This document shows, in pieces, positions 47,006 through 56,974 of a DNA stretch of 64,000 nt (positions within the stretch are counted from its first letter, which is position 1; each line of letters opens with the position of its first letter). The stretch is from IMG/VR virus record IMGVR_UViG_3300021959_007005; one strand, given 5' to 3'. The DNA is from a virus. Its lineage: Duplodnaviria > Caudoviricetes. The notes beneath the pieces are model-generated. The model did not search any database and had not been told where the DNA came from. It saw only the letters and a program-made list of their open reading frames with translations. The position numbers and the translations under genes were made by a program.

Positions 47006-47409
47006 TGAATACCTTTATTGCGTACACGCTGGTTGATATTACCAACAGTGGAATTACTAGACCGTTTAATAATATTTTAGCATATAATCAACAACAAAAT
47101 TTAAACACCTTAATACAGACAATTGGGATTAGGAGTCAGCCATTATCGCCAATAGTTGTAGTTGAATCTACACAAGATCTAGTTAAATATCAGTTCGGAA
47201 AGCAGTATAAAGGACTACATACTGTATGGAAAATAAAATTTAGTATAGAACATAGTGACGTTTTTAGTTATAAGGGTAATAGATTACATCATTTATATAA
47301 TGATTCTGATGGTATTGCTATTATATCTAATTTATCAGAAACAGCAAATATTAATACTGGATGTTTTGAAACTACTGACCAGTATAAAATTAACCTGTAC
47401 TTTAAATAG
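47005..47409 (+). CDS. Hypothetical protein
   Basis: ORF track; TAATG coupling. Confidence 0.6.
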   Translation: MNTFIAYTLVDITNSGITRPFNNILAYNQQQNLNTLIQTIGIRSQPLSPIVVVESTQDLVKYQFGKQYKGLHTVWKIKFSIEHSDVFSYKGNRLHHLYNDSDGIAIISNLSETANINTGCFETTDQYKINLYFK

Positions 47410-47568
47410 TCTAAGAATTTTACTAAATAGACGTACGGCAACAAATACTTAGGCAAATGCGGAGTTAGTCACAAGCCTCCGATATCAAAAGGCATTAATA
47501 TTAATTAATTCAATATCAAGATCCATCAACAGTTAAGACACTGGATGAATATAGAGAAGCAATAAATT

Positions 47569-47862
47569 ATGTCCGTAGGATTAGTAACCACCGCTTTAGA
47601 GCGCACAAATTTAGAAGCACATGTTGATCTGTGCGCTGAGAGGTATCGGGTATTGGAAGAAAAAGTTAATAATATTGATCGACGATTAGACGCCATGGCT
47701 GAAAACATGTATGCATTTAGAGACGAAACAAAACAATCTATTGCTGAAATGCGAGAAGAAAATATCAAATCAAATGCGGCGGCAAACAGAATAATAATTA
47801 CTGCGGCGGCAACCGTAGTAGCTGGTGTATTGAGTACACTAGTTGTACTAGTAATGTCCTAA
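47569..47862 (+). CDS. Coiled-coil protein with a C-terminal TM helix (XhlA/holin-like topology)
   Basis: LEAHVDLCAERY..LEEKVNNIDRRLD coiled coil; IIITAAATVVAGVLSTLVVLVMS. Confidence 0.55.
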   Translation: MSVGLVTTALERTNLEAHVDLCAERYRVLEEKVNNIDRRLDAMAENMYAFRDETKQSIAEMREENIKSNAAANRIIITAAATVVAGVLSTLVVLVMS

Positions 47863-47887
47863 TAATCTTTCCCACATAAATAGTATT

Positions 47888-48181
47888 ATGAATTTAAATG
47901 AATTACATAATGACACTGTGATTGAAGCACAACTTGTTTGGGCGAGGAAAGGTAATCAACTTACTCGTAAATACAGATGCACAGTAGGACAACGTGCTGG
48001 TAGGCTAGTTTCTAAGCCTGGTCAGTGTAGCGCACCTATTGATATCAAAAAAAGAATGACATTAAAAAGAACTAAAGCTAAGTTTGGAAAGAAAATGGCA
48101 CGTAAAGCAGCCAAGACAAAAAAGTTTAATCCAGCAAGCAAAGCACTGAAACGTTTAAACAAACCAGCGAGAAGAAAATGA
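47888..48181 (+). CDS. Basic late protein
   Basis: TAAATA at 47877; K/R-rich. Confidence 0.65.
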   Translation: MNLNELHNDTVIEAQLVWARKGNQLTRKYRCTVGQRAGRLVSKPGQCSAPIDIKKRMTLKRTKAKFGKKMARKAAKTKKFNPASKALKRLNKPARRK

Positions 48182-48537
48182 AGATATTTGAAGTTATTGC
48201 AGAAGATAAAAAGACTTGGATGAAGGATGGCGTTGAAATGTGCAGCAAAGACTGTTGCGGTCAACCTGTTACTGAATGCGAATGCGGTCCAGATTGCAAA
48301 CATTGTGATTGTTATAAAGTAAATGAAGGATATGGTATGCGTAAGGGCACAGCAATGGCACGTACCCAAACTAGTACTAGTATAAATTCTAATAAGCGGG
48401 CAAATAATAGTGCTAGAAATAATGCAGACGAGATTAATATTTCTACAAAAAGACAACAAAGAAAAATAGACCGAAATGCAAAAGTACAGCCAACTGGAAT
48501 ACCTATTAGAGCAATAGAACCGGAAGCAGGTGTATAA
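48178..48537 (+). CDS. Late protein with a Cys-cluster domain
   Basis: MKIFEVIAED; CSKDCCGQPVTECECGPDCKHCDC. Confidence 0.65.
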   Translation: MKIFEVIAEDKKTWMKDGVEMCSKDCCGQPVTECECGPDCKHCDCYKVNEGYGMRKGTAMARTQTSTSINSNKRANNSARNNADEINISTKRQQRKIDRNAKVQPTGIPIRAIEPEAGV

Positions 48538-48761
48538 TGCGTAGTATGGTAACCAAAGGCGGGATACTTACTTGGATCAATGTCGTTGAAAGCGAATTCA
48601 TTGAGTCCCACTTTTCTGGAGATGTTTTACTAGAACAAACAAATTTAAATGAGCGTGAAAAATATATTGCACAAACACTCGTTGGACGAGGCGTCCTAGA
48701 TAAAGTAGTTAGTGGCAAACAAGTCAATTATAAACTAAACATTAATAAATTTGGACAATAA
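48537..48761 (+). CDS. Hypothetical protein
   Basis: ORF track; translationally coupled. Confidence 0.55.
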   Translation: MRSMVTKGGILTWINVVESEFIESHFSGDVLLEQTNLNEREKYIAQTLVGRGVLDKVVSGKQVNYKLNINKFGQ

Positions 48762-48763
48762 TT

Positions 48764-49243
48764 ATGCAGATGCGAGAAATTATAGATACACTATCAAAAA
48801 TAGACTTAGTTACTCAACAACTTGTTGAAGAATCGTATAATGATATGGATCTTGAAGTAGCAATTACTAGTAAAATTACAGAAAATAGTATCACTATACA
48901 AAAATATAGAATTGATATTATTTTAAATGAATTTGCCAGTAAACAAAAGAAATTTTATAATATTGTAGATACTACTAATAATGAAATAATTTATGAACAC
49001 TTGGGACTATTTGAAACTGCTAAAGGAATAGTTAAAAAATTATTGTCTGGATCTAACACTGGGTCGCAAGAATTGCGCCAATTAAAATTATTAGATGACG
49101 CATATAGTAATGCCTTATATGAAGTTTGGATGTATAAGAATAAAGCTAGCACAGGTATCAATGAAGACGTTATGATTGCTAAAATGAGTAATGCAAAACA
49201 CAAATTACAAGAAACAAAACGAAAAATATTAAAGAACTTATAA
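48764..49243 (+). CDS. Hypothetical protein
   Basis: ORF track. Confidence 0.6.
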   Translation: MQMREIIDTLSKIDLVTQQLVEESYNDMDLEVAITSKITENSITIQKYRIDIILNEFASKQKKFYNIVDTTNNEIIYEHLGLFETAKGIVKKLLSGSNTGSQELRQLKLLDDAYSNALYEVWMYKNKASTGINEDVMIAKMSNAKHKLQETKRKILKNL

Positions 49244-49269
49244 ATATACTAAAGGATGGGAATGGTAAC

Positions 49270-50115
49270 ATGTACTTAAACGATTTAAATTCAGCACAGC
49301 ATAGTGTGCAAAAACTAAACAAGGTTCTAGCTGATAGTTTTGACCATGAGGTTAACTTGGCAGAAATGAGCTTTGGTAGCTTAGAGAAAATGTTAAACAC
49401 AACAAACGCTAAAATTCAATCAATTAAAGAAAGCAATGCAACATATTGGGAAAATCCACAATATAATAAATTAAGTTTAATCTCGCATACACTTTCAACA
49501 TATATTACTGAAATTGCACCAGGGCGTTCAGATGGTAAAACCAAAAGAACAATGGAAAGCACAGTAATGGAAGCAGATTTGGAACAAGCAGAAGTATTAT
49601 TGGCAGCAAGAGAATTGGTTGATCAACTTCAAGATATGGCAGAGGATATTGCTAAAATGCAAGTTCAAGAATTAATGCCAATTGTTGATGCAATGAAGGA
49701 TCAACTTGGATTCGAGCAAGCTGAAGCATACAATGCAGTAGCAGATGCAACATTGGGTGCCTTACTTGATGCAGCAAAAGCAGCAAAAACATCACTAGAT
49801 GATGCAACACTTAGTGCAGAAGGCAAACCAACATCAGGTGCAACTGACATGGCTATGGAACCAGACATGGATATGGACATGGACATGGATACTGATGAGG
49901 ACGAGTTTGCAGGAGATGAAGCCGCAGCAGGTGAAGAAAACGCTGTAGGTCGAGAACTTAAAGACGAAAGTGTTCTTTCTAATATGGAAGGCGAAGCATT
50001 AGCTGAGAAAAAGTTTTTAGAGAGTAAAGATAAACTTTTCACTATGGTAAAAGAAGGTAAACTAACACAAGAGCAGTTTATTAATATTATTAGTGAGTTT
50101 GATAAGGCAAAGTAA
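49270..50115 (+). CDS. Acidic helical late protein (scaffold/core-like)
   Basis: Full TATAAATA at 49239-49246; coiled coils; MDMD linker. Confidence 0.55.
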   Translation: MYLNDLNSAQHSVQKLNKVLADSFDHEVNLAEMSFGSLEKMLNTTNAKIQSIKESNATYWENPQYNKLSLISHTLSTYITEIAPGRSDGKTKRTMESTVMEADLEQAEVLLAARELVDQLQDMAEDIAKMQVQELMPIVDAMKDQLGFEQAEAYNAVADATLGALLDAAKAAKTSLDDATLSAEGKPTSGATDMAMEPDMDMDMDMDTDEDEFAGDEAAAGEENAVGRELKDESVLSNMEGEALAEKKFLESKDKLFTMVKEGKLTQEQFINIISEFDKAK

Positions 50116-50432
50116 TGAAGATATTTGAAGTCATAGGCGGAACATTACCACAGGATGACATTATTGATGCTATTCAAGAATTTGTGGCTAGAGCAAAAGC
50201 AAGAAATTTGGCAAAGATTAGTACACCAATGTTATTGGGAAAACTCCAGTCTCAAGGCTTCAGCATTGAAATGGAAACATTAATTCCTATACTCAGTTCA
50301 ATATCAAGTGTAGGGTCAGCAAATGAAAAAACAGTCACTCTGGATATCGCAATCCCCCCATCCGTTGATGATCCAGAGGATGATACCGTTAGTAAGCTAG
50401 CTAGTAGACAAATGAAGAAAGATATGAAATGA
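50115..50432 (+). CDS. Hypothetical late protein
   Basis: MKIFEVI N-terminus. Confidence 0.6.
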   Translation: MKIFEVIGGTLPQDDIIDAIQEFVARAKARNLAKISTPMLLGKLQSQGFSIEMETLIPILSSISSVGSANEKTVTLDIAIPPSVDDPEDDTVSKLASRQMKKDMK

Positions 50433-51046
50433 GTTATTATATTAATAAAAATGAAGCAAGGGCTACTGCTAGAAATGACCTAACAATTTTTAATGAAGTA
50501 CAGGCATTAATGAAACAAGTAATCACAGATGCTGGAAATGGGTTGTACCAAACAACTATATCAGATGCTACAACGATGACTGAATCTACCCCATCAGTGA
50601 CAGTTATTGGTGCGTCTGATCCTACAATTACTGGAACGCCAACTCTTATAATAGCAGGACACACAACTACATTAGGTGCAACTGGAACAAATTTAAATTC
50701 TATTATTGCAGACATCAATGATGCATCAATTTCTGGATTGGTTGCTAGTAAGAATACAAATAATAATTTAATATTAACATATCAAGCACCAGCATCTACG
50801 ACTTGGAGTGTAGAAGTTGGATCTGGTACAGCTAATACTGAACTGGGTCTTACGTCAGGTATTACATATGCTACTGATCCGTCAAGTGTCAGTTACAATA
50901 GTGTATGGCAAGGCAACGTTGCTGATAGAGCTAAGACAGACCAAATGAATCAAGTTGAATTATATTTTAAAAACTTAGGATATTCAATTGACCGTGTTAC
51001 AAATTCAGTTACTGGAAAAACATTTAAATGGGTAATTAGTTATTAA
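50429..51046 (+). CDS. Probable virion structural protein
   Basis: Thr/Ser/Gly-rich, sheath-insert-like segment. Confidence 0.5.
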   Translation: MSYYINKNEARATARNDLTIFNEVQALMKQVITDAGNGLYQTTISDATTMTESTPSVTVIGASDPTITGTPTLIIAGHTTTLGATGTNLNSIIADINDASISGLVASKNTNNNLILTYQAPASTTWSVEVGSGTANTELGLTSGITYATDPSSVSYNSVWQGNVADRAKTDQMNQVELYFKNLGYSIDRVTNSVTGKTFKWVISY

Positions 51047-51090
51047 TCATTACTATTGACAAAACATATTATTAATGTTATTTTAACTAT

Positions 51091-51765
51091 ATGTTAAAAA
51101 TCACATCACCTTATCAATATCAGGAATTAAAGCGTAAAAGTGTAGAAGGTAAACGCCTTTATGCAAACCCGTGGGGAGATCCTGTACCTAGTGTTACTAC
51201 CATTCTAGATAAAACAAAGCCACGTGAAAAACGTGAGGCGCTTAATAACTGGAAAAAACGGGTAGGCGAAAAGAAAGCACAGGAAATAACAACTGAAGCC
51301 GCGAATGTAGGCACAATCATGCATAACATGTTAGAGTCGTGGAGCCTTAATGAGGAATACACGGGCACTAATATGCTACAAGCCAAGATGATGGCAGACA
51401 CTGTTATTAAAAATGTAGAAGATGATATTGACGAAGTTTGGGGAAGTGAAGTAAACTTGTGTTATCCAGGACTATATGCAGGTACTACAGATTTAGTAGG
51501 TATATATAAAGGCCGTCCTACAATTATGGATTTCAAACAAACCAATCGTCCAAAGAAACGTGAATGGATTGATGATTATTTCATGCAAGCTGCCGCTTAT
51601 GGAATGGCACATAACGAATTATATGAAACTAAAATTGAAAATGCTGCTATCTTTATGTGTAGCAGAGATTGTGATTGGCAATTATGGGAAGTAGGGCCAG
51701 AAGAATTTAAACAATGGACAGAAAAATGGGCTTTACGGGTTGCAGAGTTTTATAATTTGTCATAA
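51091..51765 (+). CDS. PD-(D/E)xK exonuclease
   Basis: PSVTTIL, GTIMH, YAGTTDLVG, IMDFKQT, Q.AAY; early promoter at 51056. Confidence 0.85.
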   Translation: MLKITSPYQYQELKRKSVEGKRLYANPWGDPVPSVTTILDKTKPREKREALNNWKKRVGEKKAQEITTEAANVGTIMHNMLESWSLNEEYTGTNMLQAKMMADTVIKNVEDDIDEVWGSEVNLCYPGLYAGTTDLVGIYKGRPTIMDFKQTNRPKKREWIDDYFMQAAAYGMAHNELYETKIENAAIFMCSRDCDWQLWEVGPEEFKQWTEKWALRVAEFYNLS

Positions 51766-51787
51766 ATATAGTATAGAGGAAAAATAG

Positions 51788-52447
51788 ATGGCAGATACAC
51801 GAATTAGTAAAATACAAGTACGACAAGGAAATTATTCAGACTTACCAGTTTTAGATGCAGGAGAGTTTGGGTATGCAAAAGATACTCGTCAACTTTATAT
51901 TGGTAATGACTCAGTGTCAATTGCTACTGGTAATGGTGTTTTAACTGCATTTACTGTACCAATTAGTTTAGGCAACCCAAGTTTAATAACAGTATATGTT
52001 GATGGAACCGCAATTTCAGCTGGAGATTATTCTGTTTCAGGAACTACCTTGACTTTTAATAGTGCACCAACAGGTGTAATTACTGCTAGATTTAATAATG
52101 AACTAGAAATATATAATAACGGTGTAAGACCAACGTCAGTATCGTTAGCAGCTAATGCTAGTGCCGCTGAAACTGGATTTCAGGTTGACACTACTACATA
52201 TAATGTAGTGATTATGAATTATACATTGGAAAGTACTAATGGCGTCAGAGTTGGTGAATTGCGTTTCGCAACAGATGTCAGTGCAAGTACTAGCACAATC
52301 GACGATGTTATGACGGAAACTGCCGCAGTAGGCATTACGTTTAGTGTAGACATTGCAACTGCAAATACTATGAAACTAAAATACACTGATGCTGATAATT
52401 TAATTTCAACCTTTAAATATACGTATAAACTTTGGAACAGCAATTAA
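51788..52447 (+). CDS. Tail-fibre/baseplate-associated protein with an Mtd-N-like N-terminus
   Basis: KIQVRQG..DLP.L..GEFGYAKDTRQLYIGN; TAAATA at 51763. Confidence 0.65.
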   Translation: MADTRISKIQVRQGNYSDLPVLDAGEFGYAKDTRQLYIGNDSVSIATGNGVLTAFTVPISLGNPSLITVYVDGTAISAGDYSVSGTTLTFNSAPTGVITARFNNELEIYNNGVRPTSVSLAANASAAETGFQVDTTTYNVVIMNYTLESTNGVRVGELRFATDVSASTSTIDDVMTETAAVGITFSVDIATANTMKLKYTDADNLISTFKYTYKLWNSN

Positions 52448-52884
52448 ACCATAGAGCTTGGTTCGAATCCCCAAAAACTCGACTGAGTATGTGGAGACAA
52501 TTTAGGCAAAGTCTAGATACAAGCGATACTCATGAAGTATGTAATACAGTAATAACTTGGTGGAAAACTGCTCCTATTAGTAGTATGACCATCGACCCAG
52601 TAAACTGGTCAGCTTGGCCAACTCCCTGGGAGATGTTACATAGTGGAAATTTTTGTGAAAATAGTTTAGCATTAGGTATGAGTTATACGATTTATTATGC
52701 TAATCCAAATATTAAAAATGAACTATTGTACATAACTGACAGAAAAAATAGTAAGGAAATATTATGTTCGTTGATAGGGGATAAACACTTGCTTAACTAC
52801 GAACACGGCGTAATAAGTAGATTACCAGCCAGTGAAATTGATATAACAAATCAAATTAGTGTTGATGATATAGTTAATAGATGA
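52432..52884 (+). CDS. Conserved hypothetical protein
   Basis: WPTPWEML..FC..ALGM.YT motif. Confidence 0.55.
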   Translation: MEQQLNHRAWFESPKTRLSMWRQFRQSLDTSDTHEVCNTVITWWKTAPISSMTIDPVNWSAWPTPWEMLHSGNFCENSLALGMSYTIYYANPNIKNELLYITDRKNSKEILCSLIGDKHLLNYEHGVISRLPASEIDITNQISVDDIVNR

Positions 52885-52934
52885 CGGCCAGTCAGGTAAG
52901 AATAATATATAAATGATAGATAGGATAGGAAAAC

Positions 52935-55244
52935 ATGAGTGAAATTCAAGTAACAAAACGAGACGGCACTAAAGACAAACTAGATTTAGAAAAATTACAC
53001 AAAGTAGTATTTCATGCCTGTGAAGGAATTAATAGCGTAAGTGCAAGCGAAGTAGAAATTAAAAGTCATTTACAATTTTACAATGGTATTACTAGCAGTG
53101 AAATTCAAGAAACTTTAATTAAAAGCGCCGCCGATTTGATTACTGAAGATACACCAAATTACCAATGGGTTGCTGGCAGACTTATAGTTTATCATTTACG
53201 TAAAATGGTATATGGACAATATGATCCGTGGCCATTAATTGATATTGTAAAACATAATACTGATAGTGGATTTTATGACAGTGAATTAATAACCAATTAT
53301 TCAGAATCTGAATGGCAAGAATTGGAAGATCATATTAAACATGATCGTGATGAAACAATGACATACGCTGCAATGGAGCAATGGAGAGGTAAATACCTAG
53401 TACAAAATCGTGTTACTGGTGTTATTCATGAAACTCCACAAGTGGCGTATATGTTAATTGCAGCAACTTTATTCGCAGACTATCCTGTGGAAACGAGAAT
53501 GAAATGGGTAAAAGGTTATTATGATAGCGTCTCAACTTTTGACATTAGTTTGCCTACTCCTGTTATGGCTGGCGTCAGAACTCCGCAGAGACAGTTCTCG
53601 AGCTGCGTCCTTATTGAAACTGGCGATAGTCTTGATAGCATCAATGCTACTACTAGCAGTATTGTTAAGTATGTTAGTCAAAAAGCAGGGATTGGTATCG
53701 GAGCAGGAAGTATACGAGCTCTCGGATCCCCCATACGTAAGGGTGACGCCTATCATACAGGAGTAGTGCCCTTCTACAAAATGTTTCAAAGTGCTACAAG
53801 ATCTTGTTCACAAGGTGGTGTACGAAACGGCGCTGCAACCTTATATTACCCTATATGGCATTATGAAGTAGAAGATTTACTTGTGCTAAAGAATAACAAA
53901 GGTACAGAAGAAAATCGAGTGCGTCATATGGACTATGGTGTGCAGTTTAGTAAATTGTTTTACGAAAGACTAATCAGCAACGGAAATATTACTTTGTTTA
54001 GTCCACATGATGTTCCAGGATTGTATGATGCTTTTTTTGCTGACCAAGATAAATTTCGTGAACTATATGAAGCAGCAGAACGTAAAACTAGCATCCGTAA
54101 AAAAGTAGTAAGCGCAACTGAACTATTCAGTAGTTTTATGGAAGAGCGTAAAAACACAGGACGCATTTACTTACAAAACGTAGATAACTCAAATGATCAT
54201 AGTAGTTTTAAAGCAGATATTGCACCAGTAAAACAAAGTAATCTATGTTGTGAAATTAATTTACCTACTAAGCCACTTAACGACTTCAATGACGAAGAAG
54301 GTGAGATTGCACTGTGTACACTGAGTGCAATTAATTGGGGCAATATGCGTAGTCCAGCAGATTTTGAAAAAGCATGTACATATGCAGTACGTGGTCTTGA
54401 TGCACTTTTAACATATCAGAATTATCCAGTTAAAGCAGCGGAACGAGCTACAATGGGAAGACGACCATTAGGCGTAGGTATTATTAACCTTGCGTATTGG
54501 ATGGCCAAGAATGATATGACTTATTCCAATCCAGACTTGGTTAAAATTGATGAGTATGCAGAAGCATGGAGTTACTATCTAATCAAAGCAAGTGCAGACC
54601 TAGCAGCAGAAAAAGGTGCATGTTTGTGGAATGACCAAACAAAATATAGTGATGGATTACTTCCCATTGACACATACAAAAGAGATGTTGATGATTTATG
54701 TGCGCCAGTAGAGCGTATGGACTGGGCAGGATTGCGTGAACAATTAAAAGAAACAGGCATTCGTAATAGTACACTGATGGCACTCATGCCCGCTGAAACA
54801 TCAGCACAAATTAGTAATGCTACAAACGGTATTGAACCGCCACGTAGCCTAGTAAGTGTCAAGCAAAGTAAACACGGTGTATTACGGCAAGTTGTTCCTG
54901 GCATTCATAAACTGAAAAACAAATATGAACTACTATGGGATCAGTCTAGTCCTGAAGGTTATATGAGTATCATGGCAATACTACAAAAGTATATTGATCA
55001 AGGAATTAGTGTTAATACAAGTTATAATCCTACATTTTTTGATGATGAGAAAATACCAATGAGTACAATGTTACAGCATTTAATGATATTTTACAAATAT
55101 GGTGGTAAACAATTATATTATTTCAATACTTACGATGGTCAAGGTGAAATAGATATTGACAAATTAAATGAATCTAGTAATATAACTATATCTAGTGAGC
55201 TAGAAATATTAGAAGAAGAAGACTGCGAAAGCTGTGTACTGTAA
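52935..55244 (+). CDS. nrdA: Ribonucleotide reductase class Ia alpha subunit
   Basis: N-terminal ATP cone, PTPVMAG, FSSCVL, SNLCCEI, MPAETSAQ, C-terminal CESCVL. Confidence 0.98.
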   Translation: MSEIQVTKRDGTKDKLDLEKLHKVVFHACEGINSVSASEVEIKSHLQFYNGITSSEIQETLIKSAADLITEDTPNYQWVAGRLIVYHLRKMVYGQYDPWPLIDIVKHNTDSGFYDSELITNYSESEWQELEDHIKHDRDETMTYAAMEQWRGKYLVQNRVTGVIHETPQVAYMLIAATLFADYPVETRMKWVKGYYDSVSTFDISLPTPVMAGVRTPQRQFSSCVLIETGDSLDSINATTSSIVKYVSQKAGIGIGAGSIRALGSPIRKGDAYHTGVVPFYKMFQSATRSCSQGGVRNGAATLYYPIWHYEVEDLLVLKNNKGTEENRVRHMDYGVQFSKLFYERLISNGNITLFSPHDVPGLYDAFFADQDKFRELYEAAERKTSIRKKVVSATELFSSFMEERKNTGRIYLQNVDNSNDHSSFKADIAPVKQSNLCCEINLPTKPLNDFNDEEGEIALCTLSAINWGNMRSPADFEKACTYAVRGLDALLTYQNYPVKAAERATMGRRPLGVGIINLAYWMAKNDMTYSNPDLVKIDEYAEAWSYYLIKASADLAAEKGACLWNDQTKYSDGLLPIDTYKRDVDDLCAPVERMDWAGLREQLKETGIRNSTLMALMPAETSAQISNATNGIEPPRSLVSVKQSKHGVLRQVVPGIHKLKNKYELLWDQSSPEGYMSIMAILQKYIDQGISVNTSYNPTFFDDEKIPMSTMLQHLMIFYKYGGKQLYYFNTYDGQGEIDIDKLNESSNITISSELEILEEEDCESCVL

Positions 55245-55259
55245 TAAGAGAGAGAATTA

Positions 55260-56387
55260 ATGAGCGTACTAAATCAAAATCAACGAAATAAACACATGGA
55301 AAGTCTGATGTTTCTCGACCCAAACGGTGGGGTAGATATTCAGCGTTATGATACATTAAAGTATCGTCAGTTTGATAAATTAACTGACAAGCAGTTGGGA
55401 TTCTTTTGGCGTCCTGAAGAAGTGGATGTAACTAAGGACAGTAAAGACTTTAAAGCATTAACTGATCATGAACAGCATATTTTTAGTAGTAACTTAAAAC
55501 GGCAGATTCTATTAGATAGTGTACAAGGCCGAGCACCAGCTGACAGTTTTAATCCACTTGTTAGTTTACCTGAATTAGAGAATTGGGTAACAACATGGAC
55601 GTTCAATGAAACGATCCACAGTCGCAGTTACACACATATTATTCGTAATATCTACACTAATCCAAGTATCATCTTTGATGAAATGATGGACATTGCACCC
55701 ATTATGGATTGTGCAGGCGATATTAGTAAGCACTACGATGATCTTATTGAAATGGGTATGTGGTATAACCTATTAGGTGAAGGAACACATACAGTTAACG
55801 GTAAGAAAATTACAGTGGACAAATATGAACTTAAAAAACTAATCTGGAAAGCTATGATGAGTGTAAACATACTTGAAGGCGTTCGCTTTTATGTATCGTT
55901 TGCATGTAGTTGGGCATTTGCTGAACTTAAAAAGATGGAAGGCAATGCTAAGATTATTAAACTTATTTGTAGAGATGAGAATGTACACTTGGGTAGTACC
56001 CAAACGTTACTTAAACTGATGCCCAAAGATGATCCTGACTTTGCTCGTATCCAACAAGAAACTCAGGACGAAATGGTACAACTATTTGTAGATGCAGTAG
56101 ACCAAGAAAAGGCTTGGGCAGATTACTTGTTTAAAGATGGATCGATGATTGGTCTTAATGCACAACTTTTAGCTGAGTACGTAGAATGGATTGCAAACAA
56201 GCGTATGATTGCTGTTGGTTTACCGAGTCCGTATAAAGGGAGTAGTAACCCATTACCATGGACACAGAAATGGATTGCTGGTGCAGAAGTACAAGTGGCA
56301 CCACAAGAAACAGAAATTAGTAGCTATGTAATCGGCGGTACTAAACAAGATGTAAATGGAAGTACGTTTGCGGGTATGAAATTGTGA
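55260..56387 (+). CDS. nrdB: Ribonucleotide reductase class Ia beta subunit
   Basis: FFWRPEE, ETIHSRSY, EGVRFY, RDENVH, APQETEISSY. Confidence 0.98.
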   Translation: MSVLNQNQRNKHMESLMFLDPNGGVDIQRYDTLKYRQFDKLTDKQLGFFWRPEEVDVTKDSKDFKALTDHEQHIFSSNLKRQILLDSVQGRAPADSFNPLVSLPELENWVTTWTFNETIHSRSYTHIIRNIYTNPSIIFDEMMDIAPIMDCAGDISKHYDDLIEMGMWYNLLGEGTHTVNGKKITVDKYELKKLIWKAMMSVNILEGVRFYVSFACSWAFAELKKMEGNAKIIKLICRDENVHLGSTQTLLKLMPKDDPDFARIQQETQDEMVQLFVDAVDQEKAWADYLFKDGSMIGLNAQLLAEYVEWIANKRMIAVGLPSPYKGSSNPLPWTQKWIAGAEVQVAPQETEISSYVIGGTKQDVNGSTFAGMKL

Positions 56388-56662
56388 TAACTCTTTATAC
56401 TAAGCCGTTATGCCATTATTGTACAATGGCAAAAAACTACCTAAATCAGCACGGATTTAAATTTGAAGAAATCCGTGCTGATAATAATCCAGAAGTGAGA
56501 AACTTTCTAATAGAGAAAGGACATAAATCAATGCCGCAGATTTATCACAACGGAACATTATTAGTGTCTGGCGGGGGACAAGCACTTGTCCGACTTGATC
56601 CAGGATATGTAAGAAAATTAATAGGAGATGAACAAATAGATGTTAGTGACTTCAAACTTTAA
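56384..56662 (+). CDS. Glutaredoxin (NrdC/NrdH-like)
   Basis: CHYC active site and SMPQI; follows nrdAB. Confidence 0.9.
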   Translation: MITLYTKPLCHYCTMAKNYLNQHGFKFEEIRADNNPEVRNFLIEKGHKSMPQIYHNGTLLVSGGGQALVRLDPGYVRKLIGDEQIDVSDFKL

Positions 56663-56963
56663 GAAAAATAATGCAATATCAATTAAACTTGGTACAGGAG
56701 AGGAAGTCGTAGCTAGATTTCATACAAGTACACGAGATGAACTCAAGGTAACCAAAGCAAAAGTACTGACTTTAAATCCACAAACTGGTGCTGCAATGCT
56801 TATACCTTGGTTAATGAGTACTGATGCAGAAAATAATGATGTTGTTACGATTAATAATGCACAAGTTGTTGCACTTGCAAAGCCTAGTGAAGGACTTGCG
56901 ACTAGTTATATTAACAGTACTAGTTCAGTTAAAATGCAAGAGAAATCTACTCTACTAATTTAA
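56640..56963 (+). CDS. Hypothetical protein, possibly Sm-like
   Basis: IKL.TGEEVVA..PWL motif. Confidence 0.5.
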   Translation: MLVTSNFKKNNAISIKLGTGEEVVARFHTSTRDELKVTKAKVLTLNPQTGAAMLIPWLMSTDAENNDVVTINNAQVVALAKPSEGLATSYINSTSSVKMQEKSTLLI

Positions 56964-56974
56964 TAAATACTGGT

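Noticed and set aside
51091-51765. Cas4 of a CRISPR system
   Set aside because: No Fe-S Cys cluster, array or other cas genes; an ordinary phage PD-(D/E)xK exonuclease fits better.
19880-56387. Inteins or introns in terminase, UvsX, helicases or nrdAB
   Set aside because: All are of normal length and uninterrupted, with no splice motifs seen.
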